A stretch of DNA of 64,000 bases, taken from IMG/VR virus record IMGVR_UViG_3300029922_000001, positions 310,001 through 374,000 of that record; one strand, written 5' to 3'. The notes below the pieces were generated by a model. That model was not told where the DNA came from, searched no databases, and saw only the letters and a program-made list of their open reading frames with translations. Position numbers and translations under genes: made by a program. The number at the start of each line of letters is the position of its first letter. Positions within the stretch are counted from its first letter, which is position 1. Below, piece by piece: positions 18,764 through 28,836 of the stretch.

Positions 18764-20058
18764 AGTTGTTGCTCCAAATAACGGTTTACATAAGATGGTA
18801 CAAATTCTTTGCCTTTACCTAACATAGCTAGTTCTCTCACGAGCGAACTACTAACATAAGAATCTTCGATATTACAAGGAATGAAAATGGTTTCTAGATT
18901 TGGATTAATAGCTTTGTTTGCCATAGCTAACTGTAGTTCACCTTCAAAATCACCAATTGGGCGTAATCCACGAATTAACGTATTACAGTTAATTTGTTCA
19001 GCATATTTTGCGACATAACCACTAGTTGTATCTACTGTAATTCTTGGATACTTTAAGCATTCTAGAGCCACTAAAATCTTTCTAATATTCTGTGTAATCT
19101 GAGCAGTCTTTTTAGGATTATCAGCAATTAAGATAAGAACGTTATCAAAAATCTTAGTTGCCTTGTTCGCAATGTGTAGATGTCCGTTGGTGATTGGCAT
19201 GAAGCTACCCGCATAAATACATTGTGAATATACTGGTGAATATACTTGTGGACATTCTAGGTAAGGATCATTAAGGAAGGTTAAAGCGGCTTGTTCCCAA
19301 CGTATACAGTGTTTTGGAAGTTGAGCTACACGAGGGATATATAATTCAATTTCACTAAGAATCAAATCAGAATCACCTAGTAGATTGTCAATTTCCCAAT
19401 CAAGATTTTTCTGAAATTGCTCATTTAAGAAACTCAATTGTTGGAAGTAATATGACTTCATCTTGTTCAAAAATGCTAAACGACCTTTGCGGTATTCGCC
19501 ATTGGAACAATAGCTATATTCAGAACGAATAGATTTTGCATAATTAACATAATTGTCATTGTCTGCACCTAAAATTGCTAGATCGCATTCCATGAATAGT
19601 CTAGCGTAGGCAGGGGCATAAGATGGTAAAAGATCGTGTGTTTTGGTGTACATAATCAAAGGAATAGCACGATCTAAAATAAGACTAGTATCAGTAGCGT
19701 TAATATTTAAAGCGGATAAAAATTCCATTAACGCTTCACAACTAGCTTCTTCATTGTCGGTATTCCCAGCAACACATATTTGATCATGAAATAGAATGGC
19801 TAATAGCGGAATATAGTAACTTACAATTGGATTACCCATATTGGTCTTGTGGTTTGCTTCGTACATTTTGTACATATCAAAAACATGGTCATTATTGTGA
19901 TATGGCAGTGGTGCCTTCTTTTCAAGAACATCTCCAATGAGATTTCTGATTGTTAACTGATCCAATTTTGGATTTAGACAGTGTAAGAAGTCAATGACTT
20001 CTTTAGCGTGTGACGCGACTGTATAGCTATTATTTCTTGGTGTTTTAGTATAGACCAT
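18760..20058 (-). CDS. coaD: HD-domain phosphohydrolase fused to phosphopantetheine adenylyltransferase
   Basis: N-term YHN..HV, FHD, DLAILG..Y..YA..IRSEY; C-term IYAGSFMPITNGHL, LIRGLR...DFEGELQLA..NK, YVSSSLVRE. Confidence 0.88.
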   Translation of the reverse strand: MVYTKTPRNNSYTVASHAKEVIDFLHCLNPKLDQLTIRNLIGDVLEKKAPLPYHNNDHVFDMYKMYEANHKTNMGNPIVSYYIPLLAILFHDQICVAGNTDNEEASCEALMEFLSALNINATDTSLILDRAIPLIMYTKTHDLLPSYAPAYARLFMECDLAILGADNDNYVNYAKSIRSEYSYCSNGEYRKGRLAFLNKMKSYYFQQLSFLNEQFQKNLDWEIDNLLGDSDLILSEIELYIPRVAQLPKHCIRWEQAALTFLNDPYLECPQVYSPVYSQCIYAGSFMPITNGHLHIANKATKIFDNVLILIADNPKKTAQITQNIRKILVALECLKYPRITVDTTSGYVAKYAEQINCNTLIRGLRPIGDFEGELQLAMANKAINPNLETIFIPCNIEDSYVSSSLVRELAMLGKGKEFVPSYVNRYLEQQL

Positions 20059-20071
20059 GTATCTAGTATAC

Positions 20072-20713
20072 TCAATCCTTTGGGCATTGTGGTTTGTAAT
20101 GAATCACTTTAACGATATTTTCTTTTCGTAAAACTGGGAAAACAGCTTGTAATAACAACTCACGATTATTACCATTTAAATATTCAGAGGATTGAATAGC
20201 CTCAAGATCAAAGATTTGATACCAGGATTTTCTTTTCAATTCTTCACCTTGTGCTTTGATTTCTTCAGTAATTACAGTACGTTGAAAGTCTTTTCTATCA
20301 GAAATGTTGATATTGTAATAGGTTTCATAGAACAAATCATCATCTTCACGAGTTAAAGAACAGTGGCTACCGTTTAATACAGAGTGCCATGCTCCATGAT
20401 CTGAAATCAATACTTCACACTCAGGAATATCTAACTCTATTAAGACAGTATCTTCACCATGAAAACGATAGCGCCAACTTCTTAAATCTGGTCTTTTAGC
20501 AAATGCCCACCATAAATCGCCTTCCACTTCAATGCCGCGTAGTTCAGTGAAAACTTCTTTCATCCATTTATATGGTTTTTGAAATCCTTCAGAAATATGA
20601 CCATTTGGAAATTCAAATTCCCAATTATCACCTTTACTAGCGTCTGCTAATAAAAATGTTTTTTCATTGACAAGATCAACAATGTGTTTAGGCTGAAAAC
20701 TCCAAACTTTCAT
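20072..20713 (-). CDS. DUF3841-like protein
   Basis: MKVWSFQP...Y.WM...WWAF..RPDLR...LIELDIPE.EVL.SD..AWH.VLN...QAVF..L. Confidence 0.75.
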   Translation of the reverse strand: MKVWSFQPKHIVDLVNEKTFLLADASKGDNWEFEFPNGHISEGFQKPYKWMKEVFTELRGIEVEGDLWWAFAKRPDLRSWRYRFHGEDTVLIELDIPECEVLISDHGAWHSVLNGSHCSLTREDDDLFYETYYNINISDRKDFQRTVITEEIKAQGEELKRKSWYQIFDLEAIQSSEYLNGNNRELLLQAVFPVLRKENIVKVIHYKPQCPKD

Positions 20714-20771
20714 GCTGATATTGTACCACGTTCATAGGATTTAATGTTTTAACTGTAGAATATAAAGCTAT

Positions 20772-23700
20772 ATGTGGTATCGTTTAGCAAATCCAAATTT
20801 CAAAAAAACAGTACAGCAATTCATTAAGCCAAAAGTTAATAACACTTGGATGAATTCTGCTCCTGTTCAACCTGCTCAACCACCAGTACAACCACCAGTA
20901 CAACCACTAGTACAAACACCAGAACAAACACCAGTACAAACACCAGTACCTGTTAATAAAAATTCGCAATTATATGACAGTGTTATGAATCCTCCAGCAG
21001 CTAATTCTGTTGCTACACCAAGTAGAACACCTATCAGTGATAAGCTTCAATTACTTAAAAGTGATGGATATAAATTACAACATGATGATTACAAAGTTAT
21101 TAATGACAGTGATGGCGGTAATAATTACAGTGATGGCGATTCTTATTCTAATGCTGATAGTGATGGACAACCTTCAAAATATTTAACGAATAAGATGTAT
21201 GAGCAAGATCCACTTGACCCAGAATTATTAGAATTATTCAAGGCTTTTGGCGCTTATGATCAAGAGTATGAAGATAAAACGAAGTACGACGTAAATTATT
21301 CAAATTTCTCAAAGAAAATTGAAGACTACAAAACATCTCAAGATCCAAAACTATTAGAATCGCTCATGCAATATGATAAGGACACTACTTTACATAAATT
21401 GACTAACACCGTTGAGTTGTGTTATGAGTTTCCTGACTTAGTAAAACAAAGAATAATAAGTTCTAGTCTTAGTGGTTTAGATACCTTACCTAAAGGTATT
21501 CTTACCCCAGAATTCATGATCAATTTTATTCAAGAAGGTAACCCTATAATAACTAAAGATGGTCTTAGTTTAGTCGGAAAAACCATGTCAATGATTTATC
21601 ATCACAAAGTTGAATCAACTCCAGAGTTGTTAAATACTTGTTTACAGAATGATTTTAATAAAACTTTGGGGTGGATGACTTCGGACCAAAAAGAACAAGT
21701 TAATTTGATGCAATATGTAGATGGTATGGATTTGAGCAGTATGCAATATTTGCAACCTGAACAAATTGATCAGATTTCACCAGACCAATGGGAAAAAATG
21801 ATTAGTAAAAATCCTAGCGATCTTCAATATGTAGGTTCTCAAATTAAAGATAAAATACCTAAAGAAATCATAAATAAATACTTAACTCCAGATATTATTA
21901 GAAATTTATCTTACAATATCTATCCATATTTGAATTTAGAAAGTCTTGATAAATTAAGAGATACTTATCCAAGTTTTTACACTGATCTTATGCGTTATTA
22001 CTATGATTATCTTGATGATTCAATATTGAAGGTTGCCATATCACAATTTAAAAAATGGTTGTATAGCCCAGCGGGATTGAAATATGCACCTATAGATTCA
22101 ATGAATTCATATATGTTTAACAAGCTAAGTAAAAAACAACAAAAAATGATCTTGGAACATGCGCCATACCAAAATATGTCTCATTACATTAAAACACTAT
22201 TAACTCCTGAACAAATTTTTGCAAAAGAAAAAGAATCAGGTTTTAAAGACGTGTTACATGAAGACTTGTACCCTAAGTTTAGTCCAGAACAATTAAAAGA
22301 ACTGATTCTTGCTAGTCCAATATATCTTGCTCAACTACCTTGGGCTCAAGCACAAAGTTTAGGTATGGGATTTTACAAACAGTTATTAGCTAAAGATATT
22401 AAAAATTATTCCAGAATACCACTTTCAATTAAAATTAAAATGGGTAAAAGTGTATTTAAAAATATTAAGGTCGCGCAAATACCTTATATTGCTAGTCAAT
22501 TACCTGCTGAAGTTATTGAAAAATTAAGCGATAAAGAACGTGACTACATTTTAGATAGAGCGGTTAAATATGGCACAGATTTACCAGCCCAACTTTGGGA
22601 ATATGCTAAAACACCTGCTCAAGAAGCAAAACTTTTTGCTTCTGAACCATCCGTTCAAAGTGTCCCACATGACAAACAAGAGAGCTATAGTGAGCATTTA
22701 GAACAAAAATATGGAGCCAACTTACCTGAATTTTTCAAGAAACTTGATATTGAAGCAAATTTCTCTTCGTTCTATCGCGCTAATCCTGAAACTAAATCAA
22801 ATTTTAATGCCGCATTCAGACAAGAATTTGGACATGGACCTTATATTGATATTCATAGTGTGTTAGATTCTTGGGATAGTGGATATAAACGTACTAGTAG
22901 CACAAAACAATTACTATACGCTGCCAATAAAATAGTTGGTAAAACCAGTGCTGTTGATCAAGAAAATTTTGATAATACGGACGGTTATGACGGTTATGAT
23001 GTTGTCAATGATTTAGAAGGCACAGAAACCTTAAAAGAATTAGAGTGGGGATTAAAGAAAGTATATCAAAATACACAAGACATGTTTAGACAAATGGGCA
23101 TCACTCATATTCCTATTGCTAGATTCAAAGGTGTGTCTATTGAAAATTTAGATAAACGTTTTCCACCAGAAATTGCCAATCAGATTCGCGCTAAATTACA
23201 ACTTAAAAAACCTTTTATGTTAACCTTCCAAAACGCCCCAATGAATGAAAGAGTTATGGCAAGTGCTACGTATAATCCTAATGCGATTTGGAGTTCTTTT
23301 GGTGGATCTAAAGGAAGTAAATCATTAAGTGTTAAGGTCTTCGCTAATGTGCCTGTAGAAAACATTATGGCTGCAAAAAATTCTTGTATGTTAGATGATC
23401 ATAGTAGTGAAGATGAAGTTATTATTTTTAACACTTATGATTTACCTTGTACTTTGGTCATTACTTATGGTTATATAGATGTAAATTCTTCTAGCTACAG
23501 CGAAGTACACTCTAATATTTTAAAAAGCATTGGAGATAAAAAATTCTTTAATAAAGCAGAAGTTCCATACACTGAGTTTACTAAGAATAATATCTTCGAT
23601 ACTCAGCCTAAACCAGAACACAAACCAAAACCTACTGAAACACCAAGAGCCAAAGCGGATAATGAATTACCTGATTTAAGTGGTGTAGAAGGTGGAATTG

Positions 23701-23858
23701 AACTACCTGATTTAAGTGGTGTAGAAGGTGGAATTGAACTACCTGATTTAAGCGAATTGTCTAATTTCGATGATGATTCAGAGGACAGTGATTCAGAAAA
23801 TGAATTACCTGATTTAAGTGATGAAGAACTCTTAAAAGAGTTTGGTGGTGATGAATAA
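20772..23858 (+). CDS. large probable virion protein, WY leader, ART-like C-terminal domain and acidic repeat tail
   Basis: MWYRLA; IPIARFKG/ASATY/SEDEV; paralog of the next ORF; class III promoter. Confidence 0.75.
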   Translation: MWYRLANPNFKKTVQQFIKPKVNNTWMNSAPVQPAQPPVQPPVQPLVQTPEQTPVQTPVPVNKNSQLYDSVMNPPAANSVATPSRTPISDKLQLLKSDGYKLQHDDYKVINDSDGGNNYSDGDSYSNADSDGQPSKYLTNKMYEQDPLDPELLELFKAFGAYDQEYEDKTKYDVNYSNFSKKIEDYKTSQDPKLLESLMQYDKDTTLHKLTNTVELCYEFPDLVKQRIISSSLSGLDTLPKGILTPEFMINFIQEGNPIITKDGLSLVGKTMSMIYHHKVESTPELLNTCLQNDFNKTLGWMTSDQKEQVNLMQYVDGMDLSSMQYLQPEQIDQISPDQWEKMISKNPSDLQYVGSQIKDKIPKEIINKYLTPDIIRNLSYNIYPYLNLESLDKLRDTYPSFYTDLMRYYYDYLDDSILKVAISQFKKWLYSPAGLKYAPIDSMNSYMFNKLSKKQQKMILEHAPYQNMSHYIKTLLTPEQIFAKEKESGFKDVLHEDLYPKFSPEQLKELILASPIYLAQLPWAQAQSLGMGFYKQLLAKDIKNYSRIPLSIKIKMGKSVFKNIKVAQIPYIASQLPAEVIEKLSDKERDYILDRAVKYGTDLPAQLWEYAKTPAQEAKLFASEPSVQSVPHDKQESYSEHLEQKYGANLPEFFKKLDIEANFSSFYRANPETKSNFNAAFRQEFGHGPYIDIHSVLDSWDSGYKRTSSTKQLLYAANKIVGKTSAVDQENFDNTDGYDGYDVVNDLEGTETLKELEWGLKKVYQNTQDMFRQMGITHIPIARFKGVSIENLDKRFPPEIANQIRAKLQLKKPFMLTFQNAPMNERVMASATYNPNAIWSSFGGSKGSKSLSVKVFANVPVENIMAAKNSCMLDDHSSEDEVIIFNTYDLPCTLVITYGYIDVNSSSYSEVHSNILKSIGDKKFFNKAEVPYTEFTKNNIFDTQPKPEHKPKPTETPRAKADNELPDLSGVEGGIELPDLSGVEGGIELPDLSELSNFDDDSEDSDSENELPDLSDEELLKEFGGDE
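23664..23820 (+). repeat. 36-bp coding tandem repeat (ELPDLSGVEGGI) with partial copies
   Basis: GAA(T/C)TACCTGATTTAAG at 23664, 23700, 23736 and 23802. Confidence 0.9.
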
Positions 23859-25837
23859 TGATTTGGTATAAACAAGCATCAAATATCGAACCTCAAGAAC
23901 CTGTTGAGGAAATAATAAAACCATTACCTGTTGAGGAAATAATAAAACCATTCGTGCAACCTACACCAATACAACCAATACAAGAAACACCACAGCCACA
24001 AGATGAAATTAGTGCAACTGTGGATACTGTATTAAAAAACCCTTTAGAGTTTGCTTGGTTACCAATTCAGACTAAACAGGCAATAGCAAATCCTTTAGCG
24101 TTAGCTTTAGTTAATAATGGACAGAGCGTATCTTTTGATATTCAGAGACAGTTAACGGATAAAGGTGTTAGTGATATATATAATATTGATCCAATGTTTG
24201 TTTTTATCAATATTCATGTATTTCGATTAACTAAAGAAGAAAAGCGAAAATATATTTTACCTTTATTTCCACAGGTTTATACTGGTAGTAATATAGTAAA
24301 TATGCCATATAACACATGGGGTTTATTAACAACCGAAGAACAAATTGATTACCTTGAAAGCCATATGAATAATTACAAATTCTTCCCTTCATTTTTAAAA
24401 TTAGAAGCTGGACCAACCTTTGCATGGCAACATTTATTACAGACAAACTTTGCAGACAAGGTACCTGGTGAAATAATTGATGAATTTACGCCTGAACAAT
24501 TAAATATTATTGCTGAAAAAGATCCTGGTATGTTGAAATCAATGTCATTAACTGCTCTTAATAAAATAGACGATGCACATATCGAAGCATATTTTGCTAA
24601 TCATTTTTCTAATAAATATCAAGACGCTAGTGGAAATTTAAAAATAAGATATGGTAATAAGATTTTAGATCAAATAATGGACCCTAAATTGTATGGTGTT
24701 TCATATGCGATTGGTGCGATACCTGCTGCGGTTATGGCACAGGCAACCCAAGAACAAAAAGATAGAATGGCTACTCTATTGGAGCAAAAACCAGAATTAT
24801 TAAAAATAAATCATGAACTATGGGGTGTAATCTCAGAAGAGAAATTACCAGAATTTTTCAATAAAGATCCAGATGCTGATTATATGCCCGAAGAAATTCA
24901 AACTAAATTTTTAGCATTTTTTAAGCATAAGTATAACTTAAATTTACCTCAATACTATGATGATGAAAAGCTACAGAGTGCAATAAAAACATACTATGGT
25001 GATCATAGTGATATAGCTTTAGATGATAAATATCCGAATGATCCAACTAGTAGGTATATTAAGAACACCCTTGGACAATGGGATAGTGGCTATAAAAATG
25101 AAAATGTATTATTAATACATATTGCTTCTGCAATATGTAAACCTAATCCATTAGATGATGAATTATCTATGGAATATACCAGTGGCTGGAATGATGATAA
25201 AATAATTAACGGAGAAGCTACTGATAAAGTTAAGGAAAAGGTGTTGTGGGGTATATCACAAGTTCATAAGAATACACAGCAATTTTTTAAAGTTATGAAT
25301 ATGAAAACAATACCACTAGTGCGATATCGCACTGTTAGTGTTCATAACGTTGCCACTAGATTTTCTCCCGAAAATACAAAATTGATTATGGAACACTATC
25401 AAAAAGGTAAGCCTTTTATGCTTACCTTACAGAATCAGCCAATTCAAGCTAGAAGCTTAGCTAGTTTTTCTTATTCACCAATTGCTGTCTGGAATGGTTT
25501 TGGACTCAGTAAGGGCGAATACACAATAAGCATTAAAGAATTTGTTGAAATGCCAGTAGAGAATGTTTTGGCACTACACGGTTCTGTTATGTGTAAAGAT
25601 TTGCCAGAAGAACATGAGGCTGTTGTTATTGATGGTTATGGACTTCCATGTACCATGATAGTCATGTATGGTTATGACCATTCTAAAAATAATCCAGATA
25701 CAGACGATAGTGCAGACCCTAGATACTATCATGACTTAAAAGCATTTATTGAACAAGATTGTCAAGACAAGCGTGATATTGATTTTTATGGAATGAGACA
25801 AAAATTAATAGATGCACCCAATGTTATTGGGTCTTAA
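23858..25837 (+). CDS. probable virion protein, WY leader, ART-like C-terminal domain
   Basis: MIWYKQA; IPLVRYRT/ASFSY/EEHEA; aligns by eye with the 20772 C-terminal domain. Confidence 0.75.
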   Translation: MIWYKQASNIEPQEPVEEIIKPLPVEEIIKPFVQPTPIQPIQETPQPQDEISATVDTVLKNPLEFAWLPIQTKQAIANPLALALVNNGQSVSFDIQRQLTDKGVSDIYNIDPMFVFINIHVFRLTKEEKRKYILPLFPQVYTGSNIVNMPYNTWGLLTTEEQIDYLESHMNNYKFFPSFLKLEAGPTFAWQHLLQTNFADKVPGEIIDEFTPEQLNIIAEKDPGMLKSMSLTALNKIDDAHIEAYFANHFSNKYQDASGNLKIRYGNKILDQIMDPKLYGVSYAIGAIPAAVMAQATQEQKDRMATLLEQKPELLKINHELWGVISEEKLPEFFNKDPDADYMPEEIQTKFLAFFKHKYNLNLPQYYDDEKLQSAIKTYYGDHSDIALDDKYPNDPTSRYIKNTLGQWDSGYKNENVLLIHIASAICKPNPLDDELSMEYTSGWNDDKIINGEATDKVKEKVLWGISQVHKNTQQFFKVMNMKTIPLVRYRTVSVHNVATRFSPENTKLIMEHYQKGKPFMLTLQNQPIQARSLASFSYSPIAVWNGFGLSKGEYTISIKEFVEMPVENVLALHGSVMCKDLPEEHEAVVIDGYGLPCTMIVMYGYDHSKNNPDTDDSADPRYYHDLKAFIEQDCQDKRDIDFYGMRQKLIDAPNVIGS

Positions 25838-26096
25838 TATATTTTGCAATGTCAGTTTGATAATTGGGTAGAACTTCTTTGAAATGCATATCTTTTATGT
25901 TTCTCACTAATTCTGCCGAAACACAAATATCCATAGTTTGTTGTAATGAATTTTTAGCATTAATTTGTGCTTGATCAACACAGTAATATCCTCTATTTTT
26001 TACTTCTTCCAAAGAAATTGTTTGATCTTTAAAAACAAGACGAGTAAAATCTGTTTTAAGTTCATAGAATTCTTCAGGCGTAATGACATTAGACAT
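25824..26096 (-). CDS. hypothetical phage protein
   Basis: 90-aa ORF. Confidence 0.55.
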   Translation of the reverse strand: MSNVITPEEFYELKTDFTRLVFKDQTISLEEVKNRGYYCVDQAQINAKNSLQQTMDICVSAELVRNIKDMHFKEVLPNYQTDIAKYIKTQ

Positions 26097-26119
26097 ATTT
26101 ATATTATAACGTTAATAAT

Positions 26120-26230
26120 CTAATTTAGTCCAATGTTCATCTTTTGATGGGCTATATTCACTTTCAATAGATTGCTTGATTTCTTATCTTTGACCACACT
26201 AACGAAACTATCATTCATAATTATCCACAT
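26120..26230 (-). pseudogene. truncated small phage gene (MWIIMNDSFVSVVK...)
   Basis: intact AGGGTATACT leaderless promoter but only 36 codons; resembles the N-terminus of a longer phage protein family. Confidence 0.3.
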
Positions 26231-26290
26231 ATGATGCGAGTATACCCTATTCTAACAGGGATATTTTTCTTGGACTCATAACATATTTAT

Positions 26291-27346
26291 ATGGCATGGT
26301 ATCGCAAAGCAAATACTGGGATTCAACAATTTCAAAATCCGAAGGAATTGTTAATGAACTATAGGCGAAAGGGTTCTGAAATGTTACCCGAATTGATAGA
26401 GTTCGTATCTAAACACTACGGAACTTCACCAGAAGAAGCTAAAAATATAATTTCTGAAAAAACTTTACCTATAGAAGTTATTCAGCAATTTATGAAATAT
26501 ATGCACCATGTTGAACATCCTCTATTGAAGCCTTCATACAATAGTCAACAATATTCAGATATTGCTGGTGCTTATTTAAATACTAGACGTTCCAAAAATG
26601 AAATGCAAGCATATATCTTGTTAGGTTTACCAGGTTCTGGTAAATCTACATATGCTGATGCTGCTGGATTGATTGATCCTAATAAAATTGGAGGATTAGA
26701 AATAGATGTTGATTTATTTAAACCATATAGCCATAAATATTCTCAAGGATATGGATCTTCTTTAGCTCATCCTGATAGTATGGCTTTAGGTGATGTTGCA
26801 CTTACCCAAGCGGCTAATAAAGGTAGTAATTTAGTTTTACCACTAGTTGGAGCTAACGCTAATTATATTGAAGGTGTTATTCATCATTTAAAGAAATTAG
26901 GCTACAACGTTCATATTAAATATTTACATTTAGATCACAATAATGCTGTAAACAGAGCAAAAGAAAGATATGAAACAACAAAGCGTTATGTACCATTAGA
27001 GTATATTAGTGGTATTGCAAATCAGCCTTTTGAAACTTATAATAAGATGAAAAATTTAAACAATGCGGATTCTTTTGAAGATTTGAATGCGCTTGATGTT
27101 GCAAAACAAAGACCACACAGACGACAGAATGAAATATATGAATCAGATACACCATTGTTTGTGACGGCACAAGTGGAAAACAATAGAGATAAAAAAGATA
27201 ACAATGAAGTAATTTTAGAATATCCCTTTAATGAATTTGAGGAATGGGAAGAAACAGTATTAAACTCTTTAAAAAATGCACATCAATTGCTGGAATTTAA
27301 AAAGAGATATCCATACATGCTTCCCTCTAAAGATATGAAGAACTAA
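26291..27346 (+). CDS. zeta-toxin-like P-loop kinase with WY leader
   Basis: MAWYRKA; LLGLPGSGKST, IDVDLFK, LKKLGYNV, RAKERYETTKRYVP. Confidence 0.8.
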   Translation: MAWYRKANTGIQQFQNPKELLMNYRRKGSEMLPELIEFVSKHYGTSPEEAKNIISEKTLPIEVIQQFMKYMHHVEHPLLKPSYNSQQYSDIAGAYLNTRRSKNEMQAYILLGLPGSGKSTYADAAGLIDPNKIGGLEIDVDLFKPYSHKYSQGYGSSLAHPDSMALGDVALTQAANKGSNLVLPLVGANANYIEGVIHHLKKLGYNVHIKYLHLDHNNAVNRAKERYETTKRYVPLEYISGIANQPFETYNKMKNLNNADSFEDLNALDVAKQRPHRRQNEIYESDTPLFVTAQVENNRDKKDNNEVILEYPFNEFEEWEETVLNSLKNAHQLLEFKKRYPYMLPSKDMKN

Positions 27347-27347
27347 A

Positions 27348-27884
27348 ATGAAAAAAATATCAACAAAAACATTCTTAACTAAAAGAAATTTTACCATCAT
27401 TTTGATGGTGCTTTTGTTTGCGTGGTATCAGCCTTATAGAATCTTACAAGTTCAGGGGCACAGCATGGAGCCTACACTATTAAATAATGACTTGGTTGTG
27501 ATTAAGCCATTTAATGGTGTTATTCATAGAGGGGATATTATTGTTACAAAAGATCCTTCCCCGGATTTAGATACAAATGGCAATCTTATTGTGGTCAATA
27601 ATATCATTAAAAGAATAAAATTTCTCCCTGATGATGTCTTCTATATGTCACAAATCAATGGTGTAATGAATACAAGCTACAGTTATGATGAATTAAAACA
27701 AAAATTGTCCAAGAGTGATCTTATATTGATTGATGGTCATTATGTTGGCAAGATTTATAAAACTAGGGTTGACCATAATAAATGTTTTTTACAAGGTGAC
27801 AATACTAATGATTCGATAGATTCAAGAGATTTTGGTCCAATAGATATTAAAAATATATTGTATGTTGTTGCATTGAAGCTATAA
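27348..27884 (+). CDS. lepB: signal peptidase I-like S26 peptidase
   Basis: TM anchor; VQGHSMEPTL (catalytic Ser), IKRI (Lys), GDNTNDSIDSRDFGPI. Confidence 0.9.
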   Translation: MKKISTKTFLTKRNFTIILMVLLFAWYQPYRILQVQGHSMEPTLLNNDLVVIKPFNGVIHRGDIIVTKDPSPDLDTNGNLIVVNNIIKRIKFLPDDVFYMSQINGVMNTSYSYDELKQKLSKSDLILIDGHYVGKIYKTRVDHNKCFLQGDNTNDSIDSRDFGPIDIKNILYVVALKL

Positions 27885-28196
27885 ATGTATAATTTCAAAA
27901 GATTTTGAAATTATATTGTAACAAAGTAAACACGGTAAGGCTAAGCATTTACATAATCTTGAAGCCAAGCTAAAGTCAATTCGAGTTACATCTATAGAAC
28001 AACTATCGAAATTGATTGGTGATTTATAGTCTAAGTAATCATTAAAATCATTAAATAGCCGCATACTATTGGTTAAAAAGAATTCATAATCTATCATTGA
28101 GCGAAAACATACTAATCCAGACACATTAGAAGTGTGAGACAGAATAATGCCATCATTATTCCATAAGATATACACGCTGTCTAGGGTAATGTCCAT
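27879..28196 (-). CDS. hypothetical protein
   Basis: 105-aa ORF. Confidence 0.5.
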   Translation of the reverse strand: MDITLDSVYILWNNDGIILSHTSNVSGLVCFRSMIDYEFFLTNSMRLFNDFNDYLDYKSPINFDSCSIDVTRIDFSLASRLCKCLALPCLLCYNIISKSFEIIHL

Positions 28197-28204
28197 ATCA
28201 TTAT

Positions 28205-28816
28205 TTGTACAGTATCAAGTATAATATGTGGAGAAACATAAGAAAAATGTTTTATGAGTACGCTCAGATGAAGAGAATGATGATGAATAAGTGTAAATTT
28301 AATATTGCTTGGCGTGGCTATTGTAATGCTGAAACTGAAGGCGAATTTTGTTCAATCCACGAAGGCTTGAAGTGTCGCTGTGGTCAACAAGCGAATCGTG
28401 AGTGCCCTGAAACTTTAGGTGCTTTTATCTGTGGTGGTCTATTATGTGAAAATTGTTTAAGTGTTAATGGTCTAGGTTTTATGAATCATCAACATTTTCC
28501 AGCTAATGATGTTCCAGTTTCTAAAGAAATTTGGATTTTCCGTAAAGTTGGAGAAACTAAATTTGAAAATTATAAGGTTTGTGATAGTGAAGAACTCGCC
28601 AAAAGAGTTTTATCACAGGTTATAGAATGGTTAGACAAAAAAACATTTACCGTACAACATCAAAGTTCAGATCGCGCTACATTGACTTATGCGATTGGCA
28701 ATTTACATACACAAAGTATTTCTTTTGAAGTTGTGTCAGCGATCTTATTGACAGATAAATATTGGGATCAAATTGAATGTCATCATGATAAATGTGCTTA
28801 TGTTAATTTGGGCTAA
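28205..28816 (+). CDS. Cys-rich hypothetical protein
   Basis: multiple Cys pairs; true start probably downstream. Confidence 0.6.
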   Translation: MYSIKYNMWRNIRKMFYEYAQMKRMMMNKCKFNIAWRGYCNAETEGEFCSIHEGLKCRCGQQANRECPETLGAFICGGLLCENCLSVNGLGFMNHQHFPANDVPVSKEIWIFRKVGETKFENYKVCDSEELAKRVLSQVIEWLDKKTFTVQHQSSDRATLTYAIGNLHTQSISFEVVSAILLTDKYWDQIECHHDKCAYVNLG

Positions 28817-28836
28817 TTTTGTGGTATACTCAGATC

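Noticed and set aside
28819-28836. additional WY-leader proteins (MWYT.. at 28819 and 58502; also LWYT in 41446 and IWYT in 33075)
   Set aside because: artefacts of translating the promoter TGTGGTATACT; true starts are the downstream leaderless ATGs
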